A stretch of 63,388 nucleotides of DNA, the filler included, from Octopus bimaculoides (Eukaryota), in the NCBI RefSeq assembly GCF_001194135.2. It is 3 parts of 3 records of this genome, joined end to end, with 100 filler letters (N's around TTAATTAATTAA, not from the genome) between each part and the next. Parts side by side here need not be neighbours in the genome. Positions count along the whole stretch, not along the records: positions 23,937 to 52,002 come from NC_068990.1; 2 more parts are not named here. The stretch is one strand, 5' to 3'. The translations under genes were made by a program, and so were the position numbers. The notes beneath the pieces were generated by a model, which did no database searches, was not told the origin of the DNA, and worked only from the letters and a program-made list of their open reading frames with translations. Positions 36,823-49,275 of this stretch are shown one piece after another (positions within the stretch are counted from its first letter, which is position 1; every line of letters starts with the position of its first letter).

Positions 36823-37285
36823 AGTGAGAGAGCAGTGCATGCCATCAAAGTGACACTGGGGTAAAATGTACGAAGCCTAGTATATGCATCATGACTATCC
36901 GTCTCATAAGGGTACACCAGGCACATGTGTCACAACAATATGTGCGTGACATGGTGATCACGTACCAAGATAAACAGTACATAACCTTGCAGGTGGGGCC
37001 AAGTTAGAATTTTCTTCAGGTCGAGTAGCCCATCCCCCTCAAAAGGTCCCTGAATAAGGGTTGTTTAAGGATATTGAACGAAACACCCATGCTTCCAGAG
37101 GTGTATTATTCACACCCCAAAGAATTCCTCTCACCACATGGCTATGAGCAGTTTTTGGGGGCTTGCTCTGCTCTCATGTCAATTCTGATTACTTTGACAT
37201 TTTTCTTGAACTTTGTTGCTAGTGCTCCGAGTTCCCCTACTACTGGAATGATAGACCCTCTCCTCATAGTCCATACGTGGTGTGA
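36823..37285 (-). mobile_element. 3' end and 3' UTR of a second R4/Dong-type LINE
   Basis: Minus 37285-37150 reads (R)MWTMRRGSIIPVVGELGALATKFKKNVKVIRIDMRAEQAPKTA; a repeat-like UTR follows, ending in (AAT)n. Confidence 0.65.
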
Positions 37286-37289
37286 TCAA

Positions 37290-38430
37290 GAAGTATTCGT
37301 ATTGTTGCCATAGTAACGAAGCTAAAGCACGCATGTGCACTAGTTTTAACGTTGTAACTCACTTCCGCTGTTCACAACATTGCTTGAAAGGAAGGTGTGT
37401 AGCGTGTGATCGTCGCACTGACTATGACAGAAAAAGTTGTTATGGCGATATCTGCTCAGAGGCCTAAGCAAAGTTGCAGAAAGTGAATGGAGAGGAGTGT
37501 ATGAGCCGCACACAAATGTACGAGTGGTTCAGACGTTTCCAAGATGGCAGAACGTTTTGGGAGACCCACAACCAGCAGAACTGAGAAAAACATCGCAAAT
37601 GTGCGTGCAGCTGTGAGGGGGAATCGTCGAATCACCATCCGTGAGTTATTAGAGGATGTTCAGATTAGTGATGGTTCACTTCAGCACATTATCACTGAAG
37701 ATTTGGGTATGAGACGCGTGTCCGCCAAGTTTGTGCCGAGACTGCTTTCAGCTGACCAAAAAGAAACTCGGATTCCAGTTGCCTAAGATTTCCTTCATTG
37801 TGTCGAGAACGATGAACACTTTCTGAAAATGGTCATAACGGGTGATGAATTGTGGGTCTATGGCTATGAGCCCGAACCAAAGGCTCAGTTTTCGCTGTGG
37901 AAAACCCCAACCCCTCCGAGACCGAAGAAAGCACGAATGTGTTGAAGCAATGTGAAGACACTGTTGACTGTTTTCTTCGAATACCAGGGGATTGTTCATC
38001 ATGAGTGTGCTCCATCTGATCAGACAGTAAACAAAGAGTACTACCGTGACATTTTGCGGCGTTTGCGGGATGCTATTCGTCAAAAAGTCAACAATTGCTT
38101 GCGCTCGGTGAGTGGCAATTGTACCATGACAACGCACCTTTCCATTCAGCACAGATTGTGCAGCAGTTTTTGGCTAGGCACAGCATTCCCCAGGTCCGAC
38201 AGATACCGTATTCGCTAGATCTCGCCCTTGCAACTTTTTCCTCTTTCAAAAAATCAAATCCCACTTGAACGGAAGACCATTTCAGGACGTCGTGGAAATC
38301 AAAATGAATGCGACGATTATCCCAGAAAACGTGTTCCAGGAATGCTTCCATCAATGGAAACAGCCTTAGATTAAGTGTTAGATTAAGGAACTACTTTGAA
38401 GGAGACTAAATGCCAAATTTGTATGAATTG
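37290..38430 (+). mobile_element. Mariner transposase pseudogene, TIRs not seen
   Basis: ATG at 37424 to TAA at 38409 with deletions and stops. Motifs FVPRLLS, TGDELWVYGYEP, HDNAPFH and PYSLDLAPCN; 34 residues between D2 and the third position, which is N. Confidence 0.93.
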
Positions 38431-38467
38431 TACACTCACAATATGTGAAATTTGTTTCGATTTGAAA

Positions 38468-39024
38468 TTACATAGACAGTATTTTACGTAGGATGTGGAC
38501 AGTTCCCATGAGCACTATCTTTTGAATTTCTGCCATTTTGGGGTTTCCTGATATCTGAGCTAGGTAGCAATCAGCCCCTTTTGCTATCATTCCTAGGGAA
38601 CCTATTACAACAGGCATTGTTTTAGTCTTCAGGTTCCACATTTTGCTAATTTCTATTTCAAGATCCTTATACATGCTCAGTCAATGAGGAGGCATGATTT
38701 TTGTCTGAAATATTTCAATATGGTGTCGGGCCTATTTGCATCTATCTTTCTGTCAGTTTGAATGGTGAAGTTCCAGAGGAGTGGGATGTGACCATTTTCA
38801 AGCACTGGAGGCGGTTTGTGTTCCCACCAGTTTTTATTATGGGGCAAGTCCCGGTTTTGCAAATTACCCAGTGAATATATTCTGCAACTGTACCATGCCT
38901 GCTAAGATATTCTGTAGGCTCTAGAAAACTGCACATGGAGACAACATGATCAATGGTTTCATTTTGTTGTTGACATACACGACATGTGAAGCTGCCGTTC
39001 TTTAATATGTTAGCCTGGTAGTTC

Positions 39025-39025
<1 letters not shown>
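38468..39025 (-). mobile_element. R4/Dong-type RLE LINE 3' fragment
   Basis: CRVCQQQNETIDHVVSMC, EYLSRHGTVAEYIHW, LLWNFTIQTDRKIDANRPD, YKDLEIEISKMWNLKT..PVVIGSLG..GTVHILRKILSM. Confidence 0.92.
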
Positions 39026-39080
<55 letters not shown>

Positions 39081-39088
<8 letters not shown>

Positions 39089-39453
39089 TCCACCTTAGCG
39101 AAGGCAGAAGCATTGTTTTCAGTCGCGTTTGTTTGTTTGTCCATGGACAAGATATCTCAAGAACCGCTGGATGGATTCAGATGAAACTTTCACGGAAGTT
39201 TGGCCTCGTGACTGGCATGAACCGATTAGATTTGGGGCTCGATCCGGTACCGGATTAGGATTCTGGGTTATTTCTCCGCTTTTTTTAAAATTAATTCTAA
39301 AGAGCGGTTGATTTCTTTTTTAGTATCCTAGTTTGTGAGAGCAGTCGAGTTTATTTCAGATATTCTCGTTTAAAAAAAAAATCATCTCCGGCTAATCGTT
39401 GAGAGGACGTTGGTGTAGCCTCGGCGGAAGTTTTCGCTCTCTGAGTACTCTTG
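39081..39453 (+). mobile_element. DINE-1/HINE-like non-autonomous Helentron-type element
   Basis: 5' ttattacctccaccttagcgaaggcagaag (decayed hairpin/subTIR), a (GTTT)n tract, tggatggattcagatgaaacttt, and a 3' subTIR gcctcggcggaag..cgctctctgagt. Confidence 0.6.
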
Positions 39454-39489
39454 TCGTCGTCGTCGTCGTCGTCGTCGTCCTCGTCGTCG

Positions 39490-39520
<31 letters not shown>

Positions 39521-39549
39521 AATCATCATCATATTATACCTATATGTTG

Positions 39550-40440
39550 CATCAATAAACTTAGCTCTGTCTTCCTCTATGTACTCCAAGTATACAGTGC
39601 TATGGTTATAGGGTTTTGTTTATACGTTACAGCATGTGTTATCTGTGTGTATTAATTTGTAATTGCGCCTTTATTTATAATCGCGTAATGTTTAAATACT
39701 TAACTTCATTTCTGCCTTCTCCAGTTATTGCTATACTTATCGGACTTTCGTTCTTACAGTCTTCTTAACTGACTTCCACCAATCTTATTTCTTCATCTGT
39801 TAAGATATAATTCTTTTCTTGATGTGCATTTATCCTGCACGAGATTGTTGATGTGGAGATTTTATTTATAGTTGATAGACAGGTGATAGGTTCGTAATTC
39901 AGAGAAAGATTTATGCCCTCATATTTCGCTATTACATTTCTGTCTTAGTCAGCCAATCTAGCATTGTCTGGTTTTCTGATAACAGCGTTGGAGTGGTTTA
40001 TAAATATCTCATATGCATTTATAAAATTGTTGATCCAGGAGCTTTCCAGCTGAGGGTTGACTTACGGGACTGAATAATTTTAGCCTGTGTTATATATCCC
40101 CCTCTACATTTCTTGCATATCTTTGTGTTTACGTATATATTTTCTGTTCAGAACATGATGGTGACATATTTCTTTTTCTGATAAAGTAAGACCTTTTCTA
40201 AAATTGTCAACTTTTCCATTCCTCAAAATGATGTTAGTGTTTTTGCTAAAAAGAAAAAAAAAATTATAATCGATATACAAAATGCTTGATTCTATGCTAT
40301 TAAGAACTTCATTGCAATAGCAATGGTGAACTAATAAATCAAACATTTCTCTAACTGCAACATTATAATAAGTAGGTTAAGTTTTGTCCTCTTGTATTCT
40401 CTATGAAAGTGAATTGTGTCTTTTATATCGAGAAAAACCC
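39550..40440 (-). mobile_element. R4/Dong-type LINE RT N-terminal region, decayed
   Basis: Minus strand, across frameshifts: WKAPGS, DWLTKT and NYEPITCLSTINKIST (compare WKAPGxD, xWLTxG, NYRPITCL). Confidence 0.75.
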
Positions 40441-42099
40441 TGCTTCAATCGTTGGATGCTTACTTAAATGACATCATTATGTTCTTGGGTGACACTTTAC
40501 CATATTTACAGGTTAATAAAATGCCTGAATTACGTTTGATAAATCTCGTACATGTGAAATAAAGAATGGTAAAATATTACATTGTATAATCAAACTTTCT
40601 TACCGACATGTAAAAGACGATGTATGAGGAAGGGTCTCGTCTACAATGCACTGATCTACTGAACCAAATTAAAAATTTCTTCTATGCATTCTTGGTTTAT
40701 TCACACCAAATTGTTTTAATAAGGTGTAAAAAACTTCTCGCATTATGTAAAAATAAACCAGCAACTTTTCTTCCATTTTCTTATGATGAAGCTTGTGTGA
40801 CCTCCTTAAATTCTCCATACTAAAACGTGAATTTTAAAATCCTGCAAGTCAAAATCTGATTACGATTAATCAGGTTGCGGAACTCATTTCTTTGGATTTT
40901 GTGGGACCTAAACAGTCAGAATATCGTATAGCGATAGTTATTTTTAATACTGCCGTTACCCGTTTGTTTTTCCTAACGCAGTTATTACACCTCAAATCAT
41001 AGAATTTTCAGAGGTATTACGTTTATGTTTGAAATATGTTTTCTCAATACGGCGCTATCCATAATGATAGAAGAGCTCAATTCATGTTATGAAATGTTGT
41101 TAAACTGCATATAATTGTGCAGAGATGAAAATTCCCCTTACAGTCGGAGAGAAAATGGACACTGAGAGAGAATAATCGGAGGATATGGAAGTTAGCATCA
41201 CCAATTTTGATGCCACAGAAGTTTTGAGAACAACGTTGAAAATGTTCATTTTGTTGCATTCATCCGCAACCTCTATATGTAACTTTTATCATTGAGACCA
41301 TCCAGAATCGTTAATTTTTTTGGACGTCATTGTTCTCTAGTTGGCGCCTCTTTACCTCTTTCTTTTGTTCTCCTGGCAATATCCTTATAAAAGAAAATAA
41401 TCGTTTCTGATTGAGGCGGAAGGCTAGCATTTTTGACAGGAGGAGGTGGTTAGTCGATACCTTCGATCTCGGGAATTGTCCGATACCTTATATTATCAAC
41501 CCACGAAAGGATGGAATACGAAGTTGTTCTCAACTGGACCAATAAAAATAATAAAACATGTAGGAACATAAAAATGCTAATTTAGTAAAGGTAGTTAAAC
41601 AGCTGGAATATGAGTTTTCCTACGTTCGGAAAAGTAATGATGTAAACAGTTTCTGAATTTGAAGCAGTGTCCGACATTTCAAGACGAAATAGTTAAGCTG
41701 ACGGAATCAGATTTATTAGTCATTGACTCATTTCCCGATCTCCTTAACACTCCAGGCTCTGATTGCTCGATCCATCACAACACTGTATCTCAAGAGGGAA
41801 GTTCTTTGAGTGAAAGAGACGGTGAGATTATTTCACAAAACCCTGCCAAGTTTATCGCACTTTGCTGTTCAAAGAGAACGATCAAACAACACGCAAGATA
41901 TAAATGGTGACTTTATTATTAACAGGTTAAATTATTTAAGCGTAAGCTTCAATTGAAAATTGAAGTTTAAATACTGTTTCTCTTAACTTCTGATAATTTT
42001 ACAATCTCATAGCCTTGTTGTCATCTTAAAAGACGGCAAATGGTGTGATTCTATATTCTTTCAATAATCGATAAATCACGTAATGGTAAATTTGCTTCC

Positions 42100-44460
42100 T
42101 TAATTAAGCTGGGTATTTTAACAATGTGCATTGAATGAAAGCTTTAGGTGTACGAATCTTTTATTGTTATTACTTACGACAACTAACCATCGATTTTTAT
42201 TTTATAAAACTAGTATTACGTTCCTTGTTAGTACGTATGGTAGCTTTGTTTTTTGTTTGTATCTCTTTAGAATGTACTTACTTTGTTTAGTTTCTGAAAA
42301 GCGCTTTCATTTTTCTTAACATTTTGTTGGTCTGTTTTGATCTCTCAAAAAAAAAAAAAAGGACTGTTCCCATTATATTTTTAGCTTCATCTTTTCTCTT
42401 CTTTCTTATTCAATTCAGATTTCCTTTTCCCGTACATATTTCTCAACTCGCAGCAGTCTCCTTGAGACTCTGTCTATGTTACACTGCAAATTCTAGAGAG
42501 TACTGTGTATGCTACCTAGAACGATTCTCTTTCTTTAATACTTATTTGTAAATAATGTATTACAATACAACTCCTTAGCCTCTGGTACATTCTTGATAAT
42601 TTTCTGATACTTCTTATCCATTTCATCAAGTTCAGTTTTCATCCACTGAAGCAAGGCTGTAGATTATCTCGATAAATACATTACTCTCCTCTGTGTTGAT
42701 CATGTAGATCGTATTCCTTGGTTAAACATCTCACTGAATTCTCACCTGTATTACAACAGCTTTGTTATTCATGTCCTTCGGTTCCACCTCATTATTCAAC
42801 AACACATTCAAATATCTGCAACCCTCATCCAACCAAGCAGTGTTATGCTTATTTGCAAGAATTTTTCTCTCTTATTTACAAAAAAAGATCTTCCAGTTTT
42901 ATTGCAATCGTGTCACATTTATCAATTTGACAACCAAATTGCATCTAACATTTCTTTTAAGATATTTTACACATCTTGAAATAAAGTATGTGCATTAAAA
43001 AATTCAGGCAATATATTAATTTTATTCTAAATTTATTGTTTAAACCGGGGAAATCAAGTCAAAAACTGGATTAAAATGAGATGGAGTAACAAGAAAATAT
43101 CTCATCTAATTTCAGTTTTACCTGGAAAATTTGACTGCTGGCTAGCCACAATTAGTGCATGTAAAAGTATTTCTTAAGAAACTCGAATCATGAAATAGGG
43201 TATCCTGTCAAAATTTCCCAGAAGTGATTCACTCAAATTCTTGGCTCTTATTCCTCGATTTGATATTCTAAATATAATTTCGTTAATATTCAGCAGAGAA
43301 TCTGTAGATCCCCTTCTCAGCATTTCCCAAAGGTATGTTGTAATTTACATAAAAAACGTATATCTTGTTACCTTTCAGTAATTTACTTCAGTTATAAACT
43401 TCATTTCATTTTCATTTATCATTTTATCTCTCTATACATATATTATTAGTTATTCCTTTTCTCATCAACGAAGGTACGTTTGTTAAACCTTTAACATTCA
43501 TGCTACTTTGTTACATCGTTATTTGCTCACATTGTTTTGAATTAATCCTGAATTATTTCGTAGCTTCAAGATTTCGATGATCTGATTGCCCTAGAATTTT
43601 AGAATGACGTAGAGTAGGTGTGAGAGCGCAGATCTGACCGGTTTGAGCCTAAATAGGTAGAAATTTAGTACTCAATATTGCCAGTTTAAATTCTAAAGTG
43701 TTAAACATTTACCATATCCTTTCAAGAGTGACCGCAAATTGATGGATTTTTGTAAACCATAAAAATTGGATTAGAATCCTAAAATTTTCCAATACGGTAT
43801 TTTCTTTAGTCTACTTTTGTCGAATATTGGCAGATTTGTTTCGATAGTATTTTTGAGAAGTGTATATATAAAATAACTTTACTCTGTCTGCAACACTTTG
43901 CTATTTCAGTTTCTTACTCTAAACACTTTAAAACTAACATTATATTGACTGACTGTCATCCGGAGATATTATATTTTTGATGTTATTTCATGTATTTCAT
44001 GTGGGAATTGTTTTTGCTTTCGTTGTTTTAAACATTCTAGTTTATACATATGTGATCTATTGCATGTATATATTAATTACGTATGTCTTCACTTGTAATA
44101 TCACATTCTATACACCGGTGTATAATGCTTTACAATAACCGTTTGTTAATATTCTTCGTAAAAAGTTGATAAAAGCTGACTCAAATATTCTTCTTGATTT
44201 ATATTATTTATCATTTCAGTCTCTTCTCTAGAATTTACTTCTGATGTATTGGCTACAGCCTATTTTTCAGAGTTAAAACTTATCTTCTAGAATATCTAAA
44301 CTTTAATCTATTCCTGCAACTTCCTCAAGTTTATGTTTATGTATCCATATTTCAATACCGGAGGATTTGTCTGTGATAGAACCCCGGCCACCACATTCCT
44401 ATTCTGTAATACTGGACACCTGGTTTATATGTTAGTATTCCATGAAATGCTCCACTTACT
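42100..44460 (-). mobile_element. Long, heavily decayed R4/Dong-type LINE
   Basis: Scattered motifs in order: WKILG (~43780), FDRIPY (~43200), FGCQIDKC (~42920), RYLNVL (~42810), WMKTELDEMDKK (~42630). Confidence 0.55.
43483..43704. mobile_element. piggyBac-like MITE with TTAA ends
   Basis: TTAA at 43483-43486 and 43701-43704; imperfect TIRs acctttaacatt / aattctaaagtg (consensus-like CCCTTTAGCATT). Confidence 0.6.
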
Positions 44461-44597
44461 TCATATATACTATTTACTTATCTACTTTTAAATTTCAGTT
44501 TATATAAAGGTAACCTGTAGATACTCTACAATTCAGCTACTATTGACAGATAAATTATCCTCTGTATCATTTTCGTAAAAACTTACAATAAGTGCAG

Positions 44598-44750
44598 GAG
44601 TGTGTGTGGTAAAAAGCTTGCTTACCAACTACACGGTTCCGGGTTTAGTCCCAATGCGTGGCACCTTGGGCAAGTGTTTCCTACTACAGCCTCGGGCCGA
44701 TCAAAGCCTTATAAGCGGATTTGATAGACGGAAACTGAAAGAAGCCCGTC

Positions 44751-44752
<2 letters not shown>
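44598..44752 (+). mobile_element. SINE family A 5' half (3' half displaced to 45465-45605)
   Basis: ggagtgtgtgtggtaaaaagcttgc..gggtttagtccc..gaaactgaaagaagcccgtcg, then (TA)n. Confidence 0.88.
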
Positions 44753-44799
<47 letters not shown>

Positions 44800-44801
<2 letters not shown>

Positions 44802-45460
44802 TAATTTAGGGTATCTAAGAGATACCACCACGCTGAAAATAGCAATCAGGAATTGACTCTAAAACCACAATAAATGTTCATATAGCACCAGGAGAGAAGA
44901 CGAAGAGACAAAATAAACTAGCAAAAAAATTACTGGATAATTCCAGATCCCGGATTTCTGACTCTGCATAAGAAATGCTCTGCCTTCATCAGTGGAATAT
45001 ACTCAGAAAAGCACATAAATGCAAATATGTATATATATACACAACAGACGATATACTTACATATACGAACGTATACATACATATATATGCACGTATGCAC
45101 ACGACCACTTCAAATTGCCTGCCTAAAACCTCCTCGTGCGATATGGTCAGAATATCACCGCAATAAATATAATGACGAAATAAATATATAAATTTATATA
45201 AATCAGATCAATATTTAAATATCGATTTTATCAAGTGGCCAGCATGAGAATAAAAACCATCAAAGGTAATAATTATTTAAAATTACAGTTTAGGGTATCT
45301 AAGGGATACGACCACGCTGAAAATAGCAGTCATGGGTTGACTCTAAAACCACAATAAATGTTCATATAGCTTTAAATAATTACCTTTGATGGTTTTTATT
45401 CCTATGCTAGCCACTTTATAAAATCGATATTTTAATATTGATCTTATCCTTATTTATATA
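44800..45460. repeat. Direct-plus-inverted repeat cassette (Penelope-like terminus?) in the SINE (TA)n linker
   Basis: 82-bp direct repeats at 44805-44886 and 45289-45370 (6 mismatches); ~85-bp inverted repeats at 45195-45281 and 45371-45460. Confidence 0.85.
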
Positions 45461-45464
45461 TATA

Positions 45465-45605
45465 TGTACGTCTGTGTATCTGTGTTTGTCCCCCCCCACC
45501 ACTGCCATCGCTTGACGACCGACGATGGTGTGTTTACGTCTTCGTAACTTAGCGGTTCGGCAAAGAGCCCGATAGAATAGGTTCTGGGGTCGATTTGTTC
45601 GACTA
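45465..45605 (+). mobile_element. SINE family A 3' half
   Basis: gtgtttgtcccccc..catcgcttgac..gtttacgtc..cgtaacttagcggttcggcaaa..ggggtcgatttgttcgact. Confidence 0.85.
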
Positions 45606-45619
45606 TGGGCTTCTGAATA

Positions 45620-45860
45620 TATGAAGTGTGTTTAAAAAGATCCGACTTTATTTCTTTCCACCAAAACTAATGCCGCATGGGCAGAATGTTTTGGGTTGAA
45701 GGTGACACCACCCTTCCTGACCATGCGTGAGAATTGTCGTGCCGATAAGCCACGTCAGTTTTCAGCCGTTACGCTCAGAGTGCAGAATTGTAATGCTCGC
45801 TCGTCAGATTCTCGTGTTCACCGAACGCACCGAGCAGAGATTTTTTAATGCAGTTCTATA
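45620..45860 (+). mobile_element. Mariner 5' end (TIR-like sequence, 5' UTR and first codons)
   Basis: tatgaagtgtgtttaaaaagatccgactt resembles a mariner TIR; ends in TERTEQR, the usual xEQRxxIKF N-terminus. Confidence 0.6.
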
Positions 45861-46094
45861 TTTAAGAGATGAGGAATTATGTACATTATTTACACTATTT
45901 ACATTATTTACATTTGACGGATATTTGCCCCCACCCCCACCCCCACCCATCTTGTTTCTTGTTAACACAACGTTTCGACTGATATATTTTAAAATCTAGC
46001 ATTTATTTTATCTGTTTCTTTAGCCGAAACCACTTAGTTACAGGCTGATATACACAAACACAAACACAAAGACACACACACACACACACACACA

Positions 46095-46262
46095 CCACAA
46101 GATTATATATGTACGATATACGATGGGTTTCCACACAATTTCCTTCTACCAAATTCACTCACAAGGCACTGGTTAGACGGGTGCGGGTGCTATAGTATTG
46201 ACAACAGTAACTTGCACAGTGTACGTGCAATGGGACTGAACCTGAAACCATTTGATTGCAAC
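46095..46262 (-). mobile_element. SINE family A 5' half
   Basis: gatgggtttccacac..ctaccaaattcactcacaagg..gggactgaacc..aagcttcttaac. Confidence 0.75.
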
Positions 46263-46329
46263 GCAAGCTTCTTAACTACACCTACACTTTTCTTTTCTGA
46301 TTCTCTTGAATTCTTCAACTACTATAAAT

Positions 46330-47150
46330 CCTTTAGTATTAACCATTCCGATCTTTATTCCTCTCAATAGGCAGTGTCATAATATTTTTACCTACTAATA
46401 TTACACCTGTTTTTCTTCCTCTATTGGCAACCATTTAATAACGCATAATTATTAGTGAACAATCTTTTACACGAAATATATAAATTCGGAAGCGTAATGT
46501 TTCCATATATGGCCATTGTTCTCCTAGTTTTCCAATATTAGTTAATGCTATTGTTTATTTCACTTTCCCAATGTTCCACCATGCCTTTTAAGCGATATGG
46601 GCAATGTCTTTATAACTTCTATACATTTTTTTGCCATTTAGCTCAGATTTAACGCACCCATTTCTAAATTTCACCTACAGTAATATTCCTTTGTAAATAT
46701 TTCCTTTAGGAAACTTTATATTATGTAATTCTATCACACCTAAGTATATAAAATATCCGAGCTTATGAACCGTATGACTTCATTACCGGGTAACTGCATC
46801 CCGCTGTTCTTTACTATTTTGTTCTTTTCTTAGTCAGTTTTCTATCCGAATGCATTTACTTAGCCTATTCATATTTTACACTAAGGATTGTATTTGATGT
46901 TTTCACTTTGAAAACAACCTTCAAACGATCCATATAGTTTTATGTTGCCAAGAGCTTCTTTGCCGTTCATAATATCAAAGTTATCACTATCATGCGTACG
47001 CCACAATAATAAAGTGGACAAGCTATTATTATCATCTCCAAAACTTCCTCTGGCTATCTTGCTACTACATAAATCTCCAAAATAATTTTATTTTTAGTTT
47101 CCATGAGATTTTTACCCTTTACAGTTATTATTTTAAAGAAATCTATTATC
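46330..47150 (-). mobile_element. R4/Dong-type LINE RT region, decayed
   Basis: Minus strand ARGSFGDDNNSLSTLL (GIFQGDSLSPLL-like), KLYG, IYLGVIEL, KSELNGKKCIEVIKT. Confidence 0.6.
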
Positions 47151-47404
47151 CACCCTACCCCAAATACTATCATATCTCAGCACTATACTTAGATCCCACT
47201 ACCCCTTGTCTAGATCACCATTGTTTCTTTTCTCTAGCTTGCCCTTCACGTAGCAAATGAAATATTCTCGCTATTTTTAGTAGAGAACACCATAGTTGGA
47301 TTTGAAAGAAGCTTTCCTATCTTCTGTTGAACTCATGTTTTCTATTACTACTTGAAGCCATACACTCTGCTACCTTCTTTGGAGCATCCATTCCCCTATA
47401 ACAA

Positions 47405-47990
47405 TTGACGGATGTTTATCTCCCCGCTAGCGATATAAACAAGCGCGCATTTTTGCCCCGAAAACCAATGCAACAGTTTCTCTTATGTGTGGTATCTACA
47501 GGAGTAAAGTTTGTTCTAACACCATCCACGTTTAAGTCGGGATAAATATTACCTCTCAGTATTAATATTGAATCTGTCACTAATATATATATATATATAT
47601 AACAATAAGAAAATGGAGGGGACCTTGGATTAAATATATATTAACAAGTTCAATGGATAATTGTGACACAAGCGCCTGTTTTGGCACTGATCTTGTGTAC
47701 ATCGCTGACGGGGAGATGAGTCACTGCTATCCCTAGCGGTCGAACATCCATCATTGACGAGCGTAAGGAAGTTCGAAATAACATGATCTGGTTATATCGG
47801 TGCCGGTGATAGCAGGGATATATCTCCCTGTTAGCGATATAAACAAGCGTGCATTTTGCACCAAAAGCCAATATGAGAATTTCCCTTATGGTATCTACCG
47901 CAATACATTTTGTTCTTACAGAACATCCACATTTAAGTGGGGATAGATATTATTTTGCGATATACTGTCTTATCGCTAATATATACATAC
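47405..47990. repeat. Unclassified foldback repeat family B, locus 1
   Basis: Arms tatctccccgctagcgatataaacaagcg.. at 47414 (+), 47690-47735 (-) and 47821 (+); homologous to 51600-51880 in reverse. Confidence 0.8.
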
Positions 47991-48010
47991 ACCCACATAA
48001 ATATATACTA

Positions 48011-49275
48011 TCAGGTCATCCCATAAGTTATGTCCGATTTTACCTTTATTAAAATTGAATGAAATTTAATAGTATGTTAGAATGTCTAATGGAATTAAAA
48101 ATTATTTTTATGCATTTGTGTACATTCAAACTAATTAAATATTATTTTACAGAATTAAAATTTCTTTGATTAAAACTCTTTCTAACATGGAAGTATCCAA
48201 AGAGCATTTGAGGCACATAATAATTTATGAGTACAAAAAAGGAAACTCTGCAGCCGAAGTGACTCGAAGCATACACTCAGTTTATGCGAAAGAATGCTTG
48301 AATGAAAGAACTTGCAGAAGATGGTTTGCAAAATTCAGAAGTGGAGATGTCAGCCTTGAAGATGAAGATCGAACAGGACGTCCAGTTGCGTTTGATGATA
48401 AGCTCCTTAAGGCATTACTTGAAGAAAATCCTCCATTATCAGTTGAAGAATTGGTAATAAAGTTTAGTTCAAACCTTACAACTATTCATCGTCATCTTCA
48501 ACAACTTGGAAAGGTTCCTAAACTTGGAAAATTGGTGCCTCATGAATTGTCCGAAAGCAATCACAATTTCCGAGTTGACATCTACTCTTCTCTCCAATCT
48601 CTCGAACTCATGTCATCCTTTTTGGATAGACTTGAGACTGGTGACGAAAAATGGATCTTCTATCGAAATGTTAAACGTCGTAAACAGTAGCTTGGTAAAA
48701 GGGAAAAAGCTCAACCACAACCGAGAAGGGAACTTCATGGGAAAAAGGTTCTTCTCTCTATCTGGTGGGATTGCCAAGGAGAAATTCCCTTTGAATTGTT
48801 ACCAACTAATGCAACAATCAATGCTCAATTCTACTGTCAGCAATTAAAGCGTTTGAATGAAGCTTTGAAGAAAAAAAGACCAGCTTTAGTGAATCAAAAA
48901 GGAGTGATGTTTCATCAGGACAATGTGCAACCCCACACTGTAAAGATCACATCATAGAAGATCGAAGAACTTGGTTGGGAAAAAATTCCTCATCCACCTT
49001 ATTCTCCTGAGCTTGCTCCTTCAGACTACCATTTGTTTCGTAGTTTACAGAATCATTTGAAGGACATTTGGAGGTCGAAACTGACATTTCAGAGTTCTTC
49101 GCTTTGAAACCAAAAGAGTTTTACATCAATTGGATTAAAAAAGCTTGTAAATTGATGGAAGGAAGTCATAGATAATCAGGGAAAGTACATTGATGATTAA
49201 ATTTCAATTAAATATAACATTTGATCACTTGTTTTCTTAATTCAAAATTCGGACAAAACTTATAGGATGACCTGA
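48011..49275 (+). mobile_element. Near full-length mariner (DD34D) with TIRs and TA target duplication
   Basis: TIRs tcaggtcatcccataagttatgtccga / tcggacaaaacttataggatgacctga with TA on both sides; 1265 bp. ATG at 48187; motifs LVPHEL, TGDEKW, HQDN and PYSPELAPSDY with 34 residues between D2 and D3. Two premature TAG codons (48688 and ~48956) and a frameshifting deletion near 49070. Confidence 0.97.

Noticed and set aside
41659-41910. 83-aa ORF starting at TTG
   Set aside because: No ATG, weak acceptor, no recognisable domain.
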